This document shows positions 50,836-64,000 of a DNA stretch of 64,000 bases, piece after piece. Positions within the stretch are counted from its first letter, which is position 1; each line of letters begins with the position of its first letter. A model generated the notes under the pieces. It made no database searches. It saw only the letters and a list, made by a program, of their open reading frames with translations, and had not been told where the DNA came from. This DNA is from Camelus dromedarius (lineage: Eukaryota): positions 95,916,001 through 95,980,000 of the forward strand of contig NC_087472.1 in assembly GCF_036321535.1 (NCBI RefSeq), in the 5' to 3' direction. The position numbers and the translations under genes are program-made.

Positions 50836-53800
50836 TATTTGCTCTTCTGGAGCAGAATTTAAGGGGAGGAGGAACACATATCAATTTTTCACTGTAAAAT
50901 TGAAATCTTTCAGAAACATCCCTAAAAGCTGAGGAGATACAGTCTTTAAACTGACTTTTTATGATTTTCAAAAAATACCAGTTCAATTTTAACTTTGCAC
51001 AGAGGAACCAACTAGGACCAGGGCAGGAAATCAGCTCTGAATTAGAGCTTTCTGTGCTGCCTCAAAGTCTTCTAGTGCTTCATCAAATCTTGAGAGAAAG
51101 CATCAGAGTTGTTTTCCTCATAAAGAAATTAATCTTTCTTATAGGATATAGGATAATTATTAGAATATCCTCGTTTGGTGCTTCTTATATTTCTATGTGC
51201 AGTGAAATTTAAATGTTCTAGGAAACAAGAATTTGAAAGACACAATCATTGCTATATGGTGAGAGAGAAAAAGCTTCTCCTCTATTAAAGGAGCCAAGAT
51301 TTAAAAGTGTGATATGATACAGATTGATCCTCAGAGAGAAACTTTTTAATGTTTGTTGCATCATATGTATTCAATCAGCACTATCTATTCATAACACACA
51401 ATAACAGACAGTGTGACATATTTTTTGAGAAGTGATGTAGAAGTATACTCTGTAACCCTCAACTTTGGTCCCTTTGTTCTTGACAATCAGATTTCCTGGT
51501 GATCTAGAACTACGTGCCTTGGCAAGTCACAGTGTTTGGTCAAGCACATACTCCTCCACTGTCTTACAAAGCTCCTTCCTTACAGAAGTGCCTCCTTTCT
51601 CAATATAAGTTGTTCTTCCTCTGCAGTGATTCTAAGACTAAGATGAAAAAAATACTGAGACTCTTGCTCTCAGTCCACTAATAATTTTAATGCCCAGTGG
51701 GTAGTATTTTCTAAACTGAAAAACAGGAGGGAACACTTTTGGTCTTCAGCTTCAGAAAACAGTCACTCAATCTCAGCACTTACTACTAATATCCTTGTCT
51801 CCAGTACACTTGGTGTATTCATCTCCAGCTGGATGGCCATAGCTATGACATAGCACACTAAACTAACTGTGATCAGTACCACCTGAGGCACAATAACAAA
51901 AAATCCAACACCATATCCCTCTACTGGCAAATTTCACTCAGTCTGAGGTCAGGAAGAAAGAGAACACTCTACCAATAAAGTGGAACTTGGAGGTGTATGA
52001 GCTTTCTGTATAAAAGCTCTGATCTTGAGAATACCTGAAACATCTGTTCATTATGGGGCCACGAAAAGAATAAATAATGGATTTCTTTCTCTCCCAGCCA
52101 ATCACATATGCCTAAGATCAGAAAGTAGAGAAACAGGTTCCTAATTTTGAGGACAATCATGTCAATCTTCAACTTTAGGAATGACATTTGGGTATTCTAA
52201 TTAGAAACCCCTTAGGAAAGTCAATCAAGTGGGCAGTTAACTACAGGAAAACCGTTACTTGCTGTTAGTGAGATGGTTGGTAGATAAGACAATTAAAGCA
52301 AATGCTACAGAAACCTTGGGTTAAGTGTCTAGATGCCCAAGACTAGGTTATTCAGCTTGAAAAATACTTCTATAACCACTACCACAACACCCACACCCAC
52401 ACAACTAGGTTAGAAATCAATCTTTGTTAGGGCATATTTCTAACTATACAGAAGATCATTTTTCTGCCTATTCTCAACTTAGTCAAAACAGATTGTCCCT
52501 TCTTAGAGAATGAAATAGATGAGCTTCTTCTAGTATTAACATTTCCATGGTGAAGATTCCGATAGACTAAACAGAGAGAGAAAACTCAAGAATTCTTCCC
52601 AAGAGTTAAGAATCAGGCTCTGCTCAATGAGTTCTGTAAATGAGCTGAACAGTTTTGATTTGGGCTCTTCATGCTAAATAAAGGCCTAACATTTCACGTG
52701 CTGAACGTTTCATCTTCTGTGGAATGTGAACCCACAGATAACCTTTATTTCCATCCAACTGTTCATTAAGTGCAGCACAGGCTTACTCACTAAAATGTTT
52801 CAGATTTCCCAAAATGCAGCCATAATTATTATTTTAAAAATATCTTCAGACAAACCTACCAGTTGGTTTTTTTTTTTGACAAATACAAATTATTCTACTC
52901 TGATCACAATACTAGAAACTCTGTGTTTTCACTCTTCATCCTAATGATCTAATACTTGATTTTCACTTAATGAGTTTGATTTTAAAGAAGAAAATGCTTG
53001 TCATATGTTAACTAACACAGAGGTAGAAAGTACAGAATGATATTGATCACAGTCATGAGCCTTACCTCACAGAACCTGAGCATTTGGGGAAATGCTTGCC
53101 AGTGGAGCCTCTTTACATAAGTTACAGTGAACTTTCAAGTGATAGAAACTTTGTTTAGATGACAAATGACATAATGCAACACTAAGAAAAATCAAATGGG
53201 AAACGAGCAGGTTTTTTTTAAAATTTTAACTTTTGAAGAGAAAAAATCTCATTAAATGTCTTAAAAACAAAACAAAATAAAAAATTTGAAAGAAGCCTTC
53301 TTTCTAATGCAGACAGCACATTCACTGTTCTGGAAGTTTTAGTATATATTTATAAATATTAGACTTTCTCTTTTAAAATGTCAGACAAATTGCATTTAAA
53401 TGTAAAAGATGTTTATTTTGATTTCCTCGGAAAACAAAGTGATGAAATGGTTTAGCTTACCACATAAACACAAATTGTTAGCTAGTGGCAGTTTATTAAG
53501 ATCAGCACATACGATGTTATGGCTCTATTTGCCAAAGGTAGGCAATATTGATTTTTCTTCCTCTGCCCAAAGATCTGACTGACCATTTAACTGTGTTTTA
53601 TTTAGGTAGCAATAAAGTGAAACATTTCCTGATTAGATTCTCATTTTCCTTAAAAGCAAAAACTTCATTGTTAAAAATACTGTTCATTAATGAGGTATAA
53701 TGCCCAAGAGAAAATGAAATCATTTTCCTCCAAAGTCTTTAAAAAATTTTACAGTTTCATAAAAAAACAAACAATAATACAAAACCATATTGTTTTAGTT

Positions 53801-53860
53801 TAGAACAAGTACCAAACCGAAATAAGTAGCGTATGTGAGAAACTCATCATGGATACTTAC

Positions 53861-53992
53861 TTCGTAGTATTTTTTAATGCAACGTCTAATGTCCACGATC
53901 AATTTGTTGCTCAGCTGTACCACAGAGGATAGAGGTGAAGCCTTACAATCGATGTTACTGCAACGATACAGGCTGGGTTCCATGTTGGTTCC
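53861..53992 (-). CDS. POLA1: POLA1 coding exon, 132 nt, phase 0-0 (about human exon 34); second half of CysA motif and helix
   Basis: Acceptor ttctgtag|GGA at 53994-53993 and donor GAA|gtaagt at 53860. Translation [44 protein letters not shown] (part of ORF 53795..53983). Confidence 0.97.
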
Positions 53993-55602
53993 CTACAGAA
54001 GTCAAGACAGACAAATACACAAAAGGTTATAAAAGGTTTCTTGTGCTTAAAAATTTACATGCTGTCCTGGTGTACAACACTCTTCATTCATTTTACTGGT
54101 GAGTTTTTAACCCTATTTTCTCAACCACTTTCCTCCCAAAGATCCCCTCAATCACAAATACCTTCTACTCCTGCCACCATCATAATGGAGTGCAAAGCTG
54201 AAGGGAAAACCTGAAATCACTTTTACATTCAACACATGACAGACTCTATTCATACAAGAGCTTCCCCTCTGAAAATACCAGTCAGGTCATGTTATTGGAA
54301 ATAAACATCCTTTCTTTGAGATACCCATCAAAAATTTAAATCTGCACTTATTCACCCCAAACTTGATTAATTTTAAGAATAAAGCCTAAAAATTACGTGT
54401 TATACCACAAAGCAATCAGTTTAGCAAATTCAAGATTTTAGTAACCCCTGTCCCTTACAAATGAAATGTATTTGGAGGAGGGAAGAGAGAAGGAGTAAAA
54501 ATCTGTAAGAATGAACTATTCATGGTTGGAGAAAATGTTTCATTTTGTTTTGTTTTAAACAAAGACAAAGCAATTATAATATATAGGAAAACTGTTGGGG
54601 TTTCTGGAGCATTTGTTTTCCTTCTTGATACTTAAACATCTTGGTTTCCTGCTCCAATCTGGTATATAACCCTACCCGCCACACTAAGCAATTCCAGGTG
54701 GAAGAGATTTTAGAGCTTGACATCGGCTCTTCCACAGTTAGCCCATCTGCAAGTCGTCAAGCCTCCATGCAATTAACTATCTTATTTACAGCTGTAATGA
54801 AGCAAAGCTCAAGGATTTAGCAAGTATTGCTGATCTGTGTCTGCCTCTTCCTTGCACTTGCTTCCAAAGACTGCTTTGTTTTGATTCAAAAAAATGCAAA
54901 ACATCTGCTGTTTGTCCAAATTAACTTAAAATAATTACTTTTAATTTAGATAAAGGATGTATTTTCTTCTAGTTTCAAGGTTTCACACGGTTCTGCTGCC
55001 TACTCATTTGCCAATGGCTAGGACATGTATAACACTGCAGTGGAATCAAGTAGATTGGCCAAGTTTCAAATTCTGATCCAAGGTCAATGATACATTTTTT
55101 GGCAGTACTTCTTGGGAGAAATGCCTCCCTGCAACTTTTTAAATGCCTAATATGCAAAGACAGCAGAAAAGATTATCAGGATACCTTTGTCAAAAAGGAG
55201 GCAAGTGGGATGTGTAAAGATAAACAAAAACTTTCCAAAAACACTTAGTTCCCATTAACTTGATTTAAGATAAAGGAAAATATTGCTCTAAGTCTTAATA
55301 AACTGGGCTGGGAGTAGGGAAATACAGGTTACTAATTAAGGAATTACAATAAAGATACTTTAAGATAATTTAGAATTTTTAAGAGATTCCATTTAAAACA
55401 CCAAGGCCAAGCATTCTAAGAAGCCAAAAACAATACTCAAGCATACTCTATTAAGAGTTTGCAAGCAGAAATAAAGTAAGTTTTAAAGGGAAGGCAGAAT
55501 TCATATGACGCTAAAATTCTTTAAACACATAAAAAAACATGTTTTCTTTTTCCTTTTTATACATATAGTGGAGAGAAAAGGGCCTTTGTACTAGTTTGCT
55601 CA

Positions 55603-55854
<252 letters not shown>

Positions 55855-56959
55855 TTATTTGAATTCCCCTCTCCAAGAAATATCCCAAAGAAGGGAATCC
55901 ACAAAAGATTTATTTTTAAATTCATACACACACATACATAATCATCTGAACTCAAGATAGAGGCTCATACTACCAAGACAAATGACTTCTCTTTTTAAAG
56001 AGATTATTAAAAAAAACAAGTCAACTGCATCAAAACAATGCAGAAATATGCTACTGGACATTTGGGTTTGGAAGTAACTACTTCTATAGGATGGTTTTAG
56101 TATTTTCCTAAAGTTACAGTGAAAATCTCAAATAAATGTGCACTGTTAAAATCTCCTAAAATCAAAGTGTCACCATTAAAACTGAAAATACAGAATAAAA
56201 ATCCCATTAAGGAAAACAAATTCACTGTTATTACAACTCCTTCAAATGCAGACACAACTGCTAACCCTGATTTCAATGCGGTGGTTGATTCCATCTTGGC
56301 TCAGTAGTTAACAGCATGTAGGTTGCAATCTAATGCAGTGGTTAAAATTCAGTAGCAGCATCTGAGTCAAAACGCGACACGGTTTTTTGGTTCTCTTCAA
56401 TTCAGAAATTTAAAATATGTGCAAAAACAATGAATCTAAAAATTCTGTAGGCCAAAATGTCCCTGACAATCCTGAAGCCAAATATACCTTCTATATTTCA
56501 ATCAAAATGACACAAGAAATCAATTGACTCATCATTTACACTACCTTGTTTCCCCAAACTATTTGAGAAAAGACTGTAAGGCCAAACAATTTAACTTACC
56601 CTTGGTCAAAGCATATATGTCAAAATCTAATTCTTGAATTTACACTTAGAGATAATTATTCCATACTATATTCTTATAATATTTTCTTGAAAGCATTCCT
56701 TAGCAATCCCTAAGAATTCTAGGCTTTTTAGAAATCTAAAGAAAGCTATCATTTTTTATTTTAGTATAAAGCTACATAATATAAAACAGTCACCGAGTAA
56801 AAAGTTCAAATGCCAAAAGTATCTCAAAATTGTTTTAACTCTATCAACAGCTGCACAGTTAGATAATCTAACAAATGTATTCAGAATTTAGTGATAAGAT
56901 CCTAAATCCTATTGGGTCAGTTGTCAAAGCAACATCTGAATCACAAAAGGCTGGCTCTG

Positions 56960-57140
56960 ACACAGTGGAAAGGTGCTGAATTAAGAATAAAAGGCTGAGT
57001 CTCAGTTTTTTCACCTGCAAAATGGAGCTACTACAACCTACCATGCACTTTTGAAATTTAAATCAGACATTCAAGGACAAATCATTTTCCATGGTCCCTA
57101 TCACGTGGTAAGCACCCAATAAATATCATATGAATGGAAA
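56960..57140 (+). mobile_element. MIR SINE
   Basis: ctgagtctcagttttttcacctgcaaaatggag...gtggtaagcacccaataaata. Confidence 0.75.
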
Positions 57141-58543
57141 AAATAAAATAGTGGATGAATATCATTTAATCCAGACTACATTCATTCAAGATTATACATT
57201 TGGAAAAATATATGAAACACATGTTCGTGTTGCACAGCAAGTTAACAGCCGCTCTTTGTAGTAATTAATCAAAGTGACTATTTCCCAACATGATAGTGTA
57301 CAGTAAAAAACAAAGAACACACATTCAAAACAGTTTGAAAAACTGTTCCTGGACAGTGATATAAATTACTGTAACACAGGTCACATGGCTCCAAGACTCA
57401 CTGTACATTTTTATTTTACAAGTTACCTATCCCTTAAGAGAAACAGCAAGTTCGTGAAGTGTCTGGTAACATACACCCTCTCATTTAAAGACAAGGAGGG
57501 CAGAGTAATGGAGAGAGACCACGCCCATGCCCCTGAATGGTGCCATTTCTTCCCTGTAGTGAAGGGTAACTGCTGCAAATTTCTGAACCTCTAGTTGTGA
57601 ATCCAACTGTATTCACATAACGTCTTGCTTTATTCGTGATTATGAGAAAGCAGCTCCACCTTTTCTCTGATGGGATGATTATTCATCAATTTCCCAGGCC
57701 AATACTTCTCAATAAGTAAGGAAAAAGAATAACAATAAGCAAGGGTTTCCTAAGAGACAAGCTTCTATCACAACCTGAAAATCAAGTAACAAAAAGACGC
57801 TGGCTTTGCACATAGACACAACCAGCCGGGCTGCAACAGGGAAACAATGAAAGCTCTTTTGAAGCCTTCCCACCAGTCACCGGCCACCGAGCGCACTTGA
57901 GTCTGGGGGTGGCCTGCTGCTTAGGGAGAAAAGCCCAACAAGTGACCAAAAGTTATGAAAAAAGATCAGGCCTTATGAAATGTCTACTTTGAATGTCCAT
58001 TTCCACAAACAACCCTTATCTACTGTTGCAATAATAAAACCAACTGGTCTAGCTAATTACTTCAGATTTATTCACAAACTGATTTTTTTTCCCCAAGAGA
58101 TGGGATTGCATCTCAGCACTCTTGGCCATAAGTCAACAGTAAATTTTTTAAATATAAAGGGAGAAGACATTGTAATTACCTTAAAATATTAGGTATATAA
58201 TGATCCTGTACAAGTTACTTGGATACAAAAATATCATAAAAGAGTGATTTTCTTGGGAAGACAATTATAAGTCAACAGGCATATCACGGGGGGCTAAGTT
58301 ACATCTTTTAAGAAAACGTGTAATTAGTCATGTTAAAAAATATGGATCACTGATGCTTGGAATCTTTCCTTTAAGGTCAAAATCCAGACTTAAACCCAAA
58401 CTTACATATAAATTAATTTTTCCAAATCCTCACAAAATTGGCAACAAGCAGGTTACTTCGAAGTTTTGGGAGACTTAAAAGTTTTACTGCTTATACCGTA
58501 ACTCATTAAGGCTGAAGTGAAACAACAGGGAAAAAGTATCTGG

Positions 58544-58562
58544 TGCTGCCACCTAGAGGTAG
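58544..58562 (-). promoter_or_regulatory. Candidate CTCF binding site
   Basis: Minus strand CTACCTCTAGGTGGCAGCA closely matches the CTCF core CCNCYAGRKGGCRS. Confidence 0.6.
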
Positions 58563-59799
58563 ATTCTGAACTTCGAAATGTGCAAAATAGAGCAGCTATG
58601 TAGAAACCCAATTGTAATTATTGTCCCTCCAAAATGAAACACTACTGTCAGAATGACATGAAAGCAAAATCTTTATGATCACAGTTGCCACACATGCATA
58701 TACACTGTGTAATCAATATTAAATTGCATGCTGTACAGTAAGTAATCACAGTAGTCTCTGAGCCAGCAACAGACGTAAGAATGCATTTCAAAATCGTTAT
58801 CTCTTCTACTGAGAGCTTTCTCTGAACAACTGGCTGAAAGAAACAAACTTTATGCCCCAGTTGAGAAAAAGAATTTTCACTTCTTTGAGACTAGCTTTTA
58901 TCCAATGACTTCAATCGTTTGAGCTGGCACAGAAGAAGAGGAGGAGCAGCCTACTGGGGCTTGGCACCAGCTCTCCGGGGTAGAGCAGCCGTGGAAATGA
59001 TGTGTGCTTTAATTCAACCCTGTGACTTGTAGTGATCCAGTCACACCATTTTTGGGCTGCGGTGGGAGCGCAGAGGAGTGCGATGGTGACAAGACGGGAC
59101 AGAGGGGGCAAAGTAATGAAATTAAAATACTGCCATTTATAATTAGAAAATTTGTAGGCTCTTACATTATTTTGGCAACAGGATCAAAGCTCTCATGTTT
59201 CAAGAAGTATTTATAGAAAATAACATCATAGGCATTGGGGTGGATGAGTTCAGCAGTGCTGTTTTTTACTTAAGATCACCACATACCTCCAATGCCACAT
59301 TTAGTACAAAACTATTTTTTCTACCACTGTATTTTCTAATAATTGTAAACTACCTGTTTTTAGAATGTTCACCTGCCTGCATTCCCAAGGAGTATTTAAC
59401 CTTTTCTAAACTCAAGGCATTAAGTTGAGAGGCTGACACATTTGACTAAATAATCTTCTTTCTCCAAAAGACAAGGTTAGTGCAAATGCAAAAAATTCTA
59501 GTAAAGCCAATTACATATATTCATACAACTGGGCAAGAGGGAAAAATCCACATGAATGAAACTCCAGATGAGTCGTGTAACTGGTATTCCCAGCCAGTTG
59601 TCTGTAAAATGAATCACTTATACTACTAGGGAAGCTGATTAATGAAATCCTACTATGAAATTTTTTTTCCCTAAAAATTCCTTCTAGGAAATGAATCTTT
59701 TGCAGGAATCCAGACTTTCACATATCTGGACTTCTCAGAGAACAATATACAAACTGAAATTTTAGTATCATTAAACTTTAGCATCATTAATGAATTTTT

Positions 59800-60275
59800 A
59801 AAAGGTGAATGCTAAATCCATAAAGCCTTGGACAAGAATGCTTATCACAGCTTTATTTGTAATAATCATAAATTGGAAACAATTAGATGTCCATAAACAG
59901 GAGAATGAAAAACAAACTGGTATTATCTATCATGGAATACTACTCAGTAATGAAAATTTAAAAGTAAAATTTAAAAGACTGAATACTTACTGATGGATGA
60001 AACTCAAAAATATGCTAAGTGAAAGAAGCTGAACACAAAAAGCATATACCATAGGAGATCATTTATATAAAATTCTAAAATAGGCAAAACTAACCTGTGG
60101 TCATAGAAATCAAATGTGTGGCTGCTTTTGTGAGGGGGTGGGTATGGTCTGGGGAAGAGTCCAAGGGAAGCCTCTAGGTGATGGAAATATCCTGTCTTGA
60201 TAAATGGACTGCACGATACTCTTCACATTGCAGCATGTGATGGTATGTAAATTATACTTTTAAAAAAAGCACTCC
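59800..60275 (+). mobile_element. L1MC/ME-type 3' end
   Basis: acaagaatgcttatcacagctttatttgtaata; atggatgaaactcaaaaatatgctaagtgaaagaagc. Confidence 0.8.
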
Positions 60276-60289
60276 AAATAGAAGATGTT

Positions 60290-61118
60290 TGTGATATATA
60301 TTTCCAAAGGACTCATGTAGAATATACAAGAAATACTTGCAAATCAATAAGAAAAAGACAGCCCAAGATAAAAGCAGAAAAAGATCAGAACAGGCGCCTC
60401 ACAAAAGATATTCGAATGGCCGATAAGCATGTGAACAGGTGCTCAAGTTTATCAGTCATCAAAGAAACGAATTAAAAGCACATCATGCCACCACATAAAT
60501 GAAGAAGATGGGACACACCCAGTGCTGGTGAGAAAGGGGAGCACTCATATGCAGCGAGTAAGGGTCTAATGTCATTGAAGCACTTTGGAAAACTCGTACT
60601 ATCTACTAAAGCTGAACACACATGTCCTCTATGACCTAACAATTCTCCTAAATATATACCCGACAGAAATACATGCAACTGTTCAACAGAAGACATGTGC
60701 AAAAATGCTCAAAGCAGCATTATTCATAACTGTCCAAAGTGAAAAAAACTCAGGGGTAGATAGACATACAGTGTGATATATTCATACCAGACAGAAATGA
60801 AGTACAACCACAGGGACCCATCTCACAAACACAGTGAACGGAAGAAGCCAGACCGAGAGTTAAAGACACAATTTATGCAGCATCAAAACATAAGAAAACC
60901 TCATGTATGACGTTAGATGTCACGATAGTAATTTTTTGGTAGGGGATGGAGGATAATTTCTCAAATGAGATATGAGGGGGCTTCTGAGGATGCAGTAATA
61001 GATTGTTTCTTGAGCTCAATACTGACTACACTGGTATGTGTTTACTTTGTGAAAATTTATCAAGCTGCTCAGTTAGGTTTTGTGTACTTTTCTGTATGCA
61101 TGTTATACAAGAAATTCA
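60290..61118 (+). mobile_element. L1ME-type 3' fragment
   Basis: caaatcaataagaaaaagaca; ctaaagctgaacacacatg; tttactttgtgaaaatttatcaagctg. Confidence 0.8.
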
Positions 61119-61119
61119 C

Positions 61120-62285
61120 ATTGATTTCTCATATCATATACAAAAATAAATTCAAAATGGATTAAAGACTTAAACGTAAGGCCTGAACCCATAGAATTCC
61201 TAGGGAAAACACAGGCAGTATATTCTGTGACACTGGTCTTAGTAATATTTTTTTGGATATGTCTTCTCAGGCAAGGGAAATAAAAGCAAAAACAAACAAA
61301 CAGGACCACATCAAACTAAAAACCTTTTGCACAGAGAAGGAAAACTATCAATAAAATGAAAAGGCAGCCTACTTGAATGGGAGAAGATATTTGCAAGTTA
61401 CATATCTGGTAAGGGGCTAATACTCAAAATGTACAAAGAATTCAACAACCCAACATCAAAAAAACAAACAACCTGATTAAAAAACTGGGCAGAGGACCTG
61501 AATAGACATTTCTCCAAAGAAGGAATACAGATGGCCAACAGGCAAATGAAAAGATGCTCAAGTTCACTAATCATCAGGGAAGCACAAATCAAAACCACAG
61601 CGAGATACCGCCTCATACAGGTAAGGATGGCTACCATCAAAAACAAGCATTAGCAAGGATGTAAAGGAAAGGGAATCATTGTGTACTGATGGTAGGATTG
61701 TGAATTGCTGCAGTCACTATGGAAAAAAGGATGGAGGCTACTCAAAAATTTAAAAACAGAGCTGCCATATGATCCAGAAATTTCCCTTCCGGGTATTTAC
61801 CAGGAAAAAAAAAATACCCCAAAGACACTAATTCAAAAAGATACATGCACTAATGTTCACTGCAGCATTATTCACAATAGCCAAGATATGGAAGCAGCCT
61901 AATGACCAATCCTAGAATGGAATGTGTGATGTACAAACACACACACACACACACACGAATATTACACAACCATAAAAACTGAAATCTTGTCTTTTGTGAC
62001 AACATGGATTGATCTACAAGGTATTATGTCAAGTGAAATTAAGTCAGAAAAAGATGAATACCACATGGTCTCACTATATGTGGAATATAAAAAACAAAAT
62101 AAAATGAAAACAGACTCACAGATACAGAGAGCAAATGGGTGATTGCCAGAAGGGAGTGGGGGAATGGGCAAAATAGGTGAAAGGAATGAAGAGGTAGAAA
62201 TCTCCAGTTACATATTGAATACGTCATGGGGATCTAATATATAGCATGAACAATATGCTCAATAACAGTCTGATAGCCCTGAATG
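61120..62285 (+). mobile_element. Younger L1MA-type LINE-1 (ORF2 C-terminal region plus 3' UTR), with an internal (CA)n
   Basis: ttcaaaatggattaaagacttaaacgtaag; gaggacctgaatagacatttctccaaagaa; ORF 61705..61902 LLKNLKTELPYDPEISLPGIY resembles the L1 ORF2p C-terminus. Disrupted. Confidence 0.92.
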
Positions 62286-62841
62286 TGAATTTTAACTTAA
62301 TGAGACATGCACATCTGAGCAGGAAAAAACTTTAGAAGTGTCTTCTTGCGTATTTTTAGACCTGAGAAAGGACAGTAACTTTATGCTGAAAAAATATTTG
62401 GAACATAAAATAACAAATAAAATAACAGACCAAGACTGCTTCTCTCACAACAAAGCCCTCTTCTTTCCAGCTATGTTGGCAGATATGGGGGCGGGGGGGG
62501 GGGGGGTGTGGAGAGCCAGGCTGGAGGTCCCTAAACACCCACCTTCTTAGAAGTGAGTTGGTAATTGTTTTACTAGTTTTGCTTCTGATTTTGTAAAAAT
62601 TCTTATTTTTAGTAATAGGAGTATTAATATTTTTTCAACAAGGGAGGAACTTAAAATTCATCACCTTTACTCTTTTCTTATTCACACATATCCATTTAAC
62701 ATAGTTTAAGTATCTGTGCACATTGATATATTCAGCATTTTTTCATTTATTATGTCTTATCCATTTTTCTATAGGCTACACAATCTTGGTGTCATTTTAG
62801 TATGCTTAATTAATACAATGTCTCTTTTTAAAAAAACGATC

Positions 62842-63072
62842 TATAATTAATAAGACGATACTGTATACTTGAAAGTTGCTGAGAATAGATCTTAAGCATC
62901 CTCACCACACACCCCTCAAAAAGAGTTAACTATATGACACGATGGATGTGTTCATTATCTCGATCTTGATAATCATTCTGCTATGTAAATGTATATCAAA
63001 TCATCACATTGTACACTTTAAAAACATACCACTATATTCGCCAATTATTGCCCAGTAAAGTTAAATTTTTAA
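62842..63072 (+). mobile_element. L1MA-type 3' terminal fragment
   Basis: ctgtatacttgaaagttgctgagaatagatcttaagcatcctcaccac...gtatatcaaatcatcacattgtacacttta. Confidence 0.85.
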
Positions 63073-64000
63073 AGAAGTGATCTAACAAGTAATTTGAGAA
63101 ATCCCCATTTTCCTCTAGAAACTTCAAGTGTTACAAAGCAGAGTTAGGAATCACTACTCCAAGCCATTATTCTAAACATGCTCTGGCTTGGGTCCAAGTT
63201 CTCAGAGGCTGAGTGAGGTGAGCAGCGGCACTGTGGGCCCTCTGCACTGTGGGCGTCAGACAGAAACAGACACTGTGCACTCGCCTTGTAGGGACTGAGG
63301 TGCAAGGCTGGGCAGCGGATACCCTTCAAAAGGCTGCCAGTGCCCTAAAGTGCAGCCACTCAGGAGTGGCTGAGATGGCACAGGCGACCCCCATGGAGCT
63401 CGGGGTCCTGCCATTCATTACTGGGCTGCAAGAACAGGTGGGAGGTAGGGACGGGCAACCACTCCTGACTCCCCACTGGCCTCTCTACAGGGCAGTCCCA
63501 CGATGCCTCAAACGCCTCCACTGGTGGCCCCCGCCAGAAGTGGTCTCTGTCTCCCCTAAACACTGAACATCCTTAATTTTACCTCTTTGGGGAAATACAC
63601 TGTGTGGTCCGCTGGACTCAACAACATTGAAATCGACTCAACGGGCCGGGCTGCAATTCGAGTAGAGGGGCCGCAGCTGACTCCACCCTGCACCCCTCAC
63701 AGTGCCCACTATGATGCTGGGCACAGCAGGTCTTCAACATGAATCTGACAAATGCAAAAGCAGGCTAGGCACTCGGGCCATATGATGACGTGCTTGGAAT
63801 GGCGCTCCAGCCTGGAAGAGGCAGCTCTCATCAGCTGAGAAGACTTAATATCCTACTGTGCATTTGGTGTGACCTTTCTTTTTAAATTTTACTATGAATT
63901 ATGCTATAGAAAATATTTAAGGTTTGGAAATGACGATCACCTGTGTACATTCTTCTGCGAGCTTAATCATGAAAAAAGGCAAAGTCGTGATCGACAAAGT

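Larger units (their letters stand above)
13388..53860 (-). other. POLA1: POLA1 intron, 40,473 bp
   Basis: GT-AG bounded. The flanking exons join as ...KKYYE|GWLIC..., the contiguous POLA1 sequence, so no constitutive exon is missing. Confidence 0.93.

Noticed and set aside
50639..50986. ORFs with HT/VC dipeptide repeats (also 28503-28706)
   Set aside because: Translations of (GT)n microsatellites.
56270..56400. Possible further POLA1 exon upstream of the 179-nt exon
   Set aside because: No frame resembles the expected preceding POLA1 peptide; that exon appears to lie beyond the window end.
58990..59060. C/D box snoRNA-like ATGATG motif or intronic scaRNA
   Set aside because: Imperfect C box with no matching D box or terminal stem. 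The scaRNA known from POLA1 is recalled to be in a more 5' intron and was not recognised here.
59758..59978. Short tandem duplications (ttag(t/c)atcattaa x2; aaaatttaaaag x2; similar at 1704-1727 and 9032-9055)
   Set aside because: Ordinary slippage micro-duplications in AT-rich DNA.

Overview
Mammalian genomic DNA, most likely a camelid (camel, alpaca or llama), inferred from three tRNA-Ala-derived Vic-1-like SINEs. The whole window lies inside the 3' part of POLA1 (DNA polymerase alpha catalytic subunit, X-linked in eutherians), transcribed on the minus strand. Three coding exons were recovered with exact GT-AG boundaries: 55636-55814, 53861-53992 and 13271-13387. They splice in frame and encode the two C-terminal cysteine metal-binding motifs. 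The introns are a 1.6-kb intron, a 40.5-kb intron and two partial introns at the window edges. They contain ancient repeats (L1M, L2, L3/CR1, MIR, MLT1, MER5/20/33, Charlie1), microsatellites, and long repeat-poor blocks dense in homeodomain, SOX, TCF and FOX motifs. By position these blocks fit the known POLA1-intronic ultraconserved elements (uc.461-uc.465 region) that serve as forebrain enhancers of the neighbouring ARX gene; that assignment rests on recalled synteny and was not checked by alignment. I found no convincing undescribed biological system. The best sequence-level oddities are a triplicated target-site duplication (two retro-insertions at one nick), a 42-bp fold-back palindrome, a repeated composite motif inside the putative ultraconserved block, a (GT)40 abutting a putative ultraconserved element, and a strong CTCF motif at the edge of the repeat-poor domain. 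Repeat family names and boundaries are by-eye estimates.
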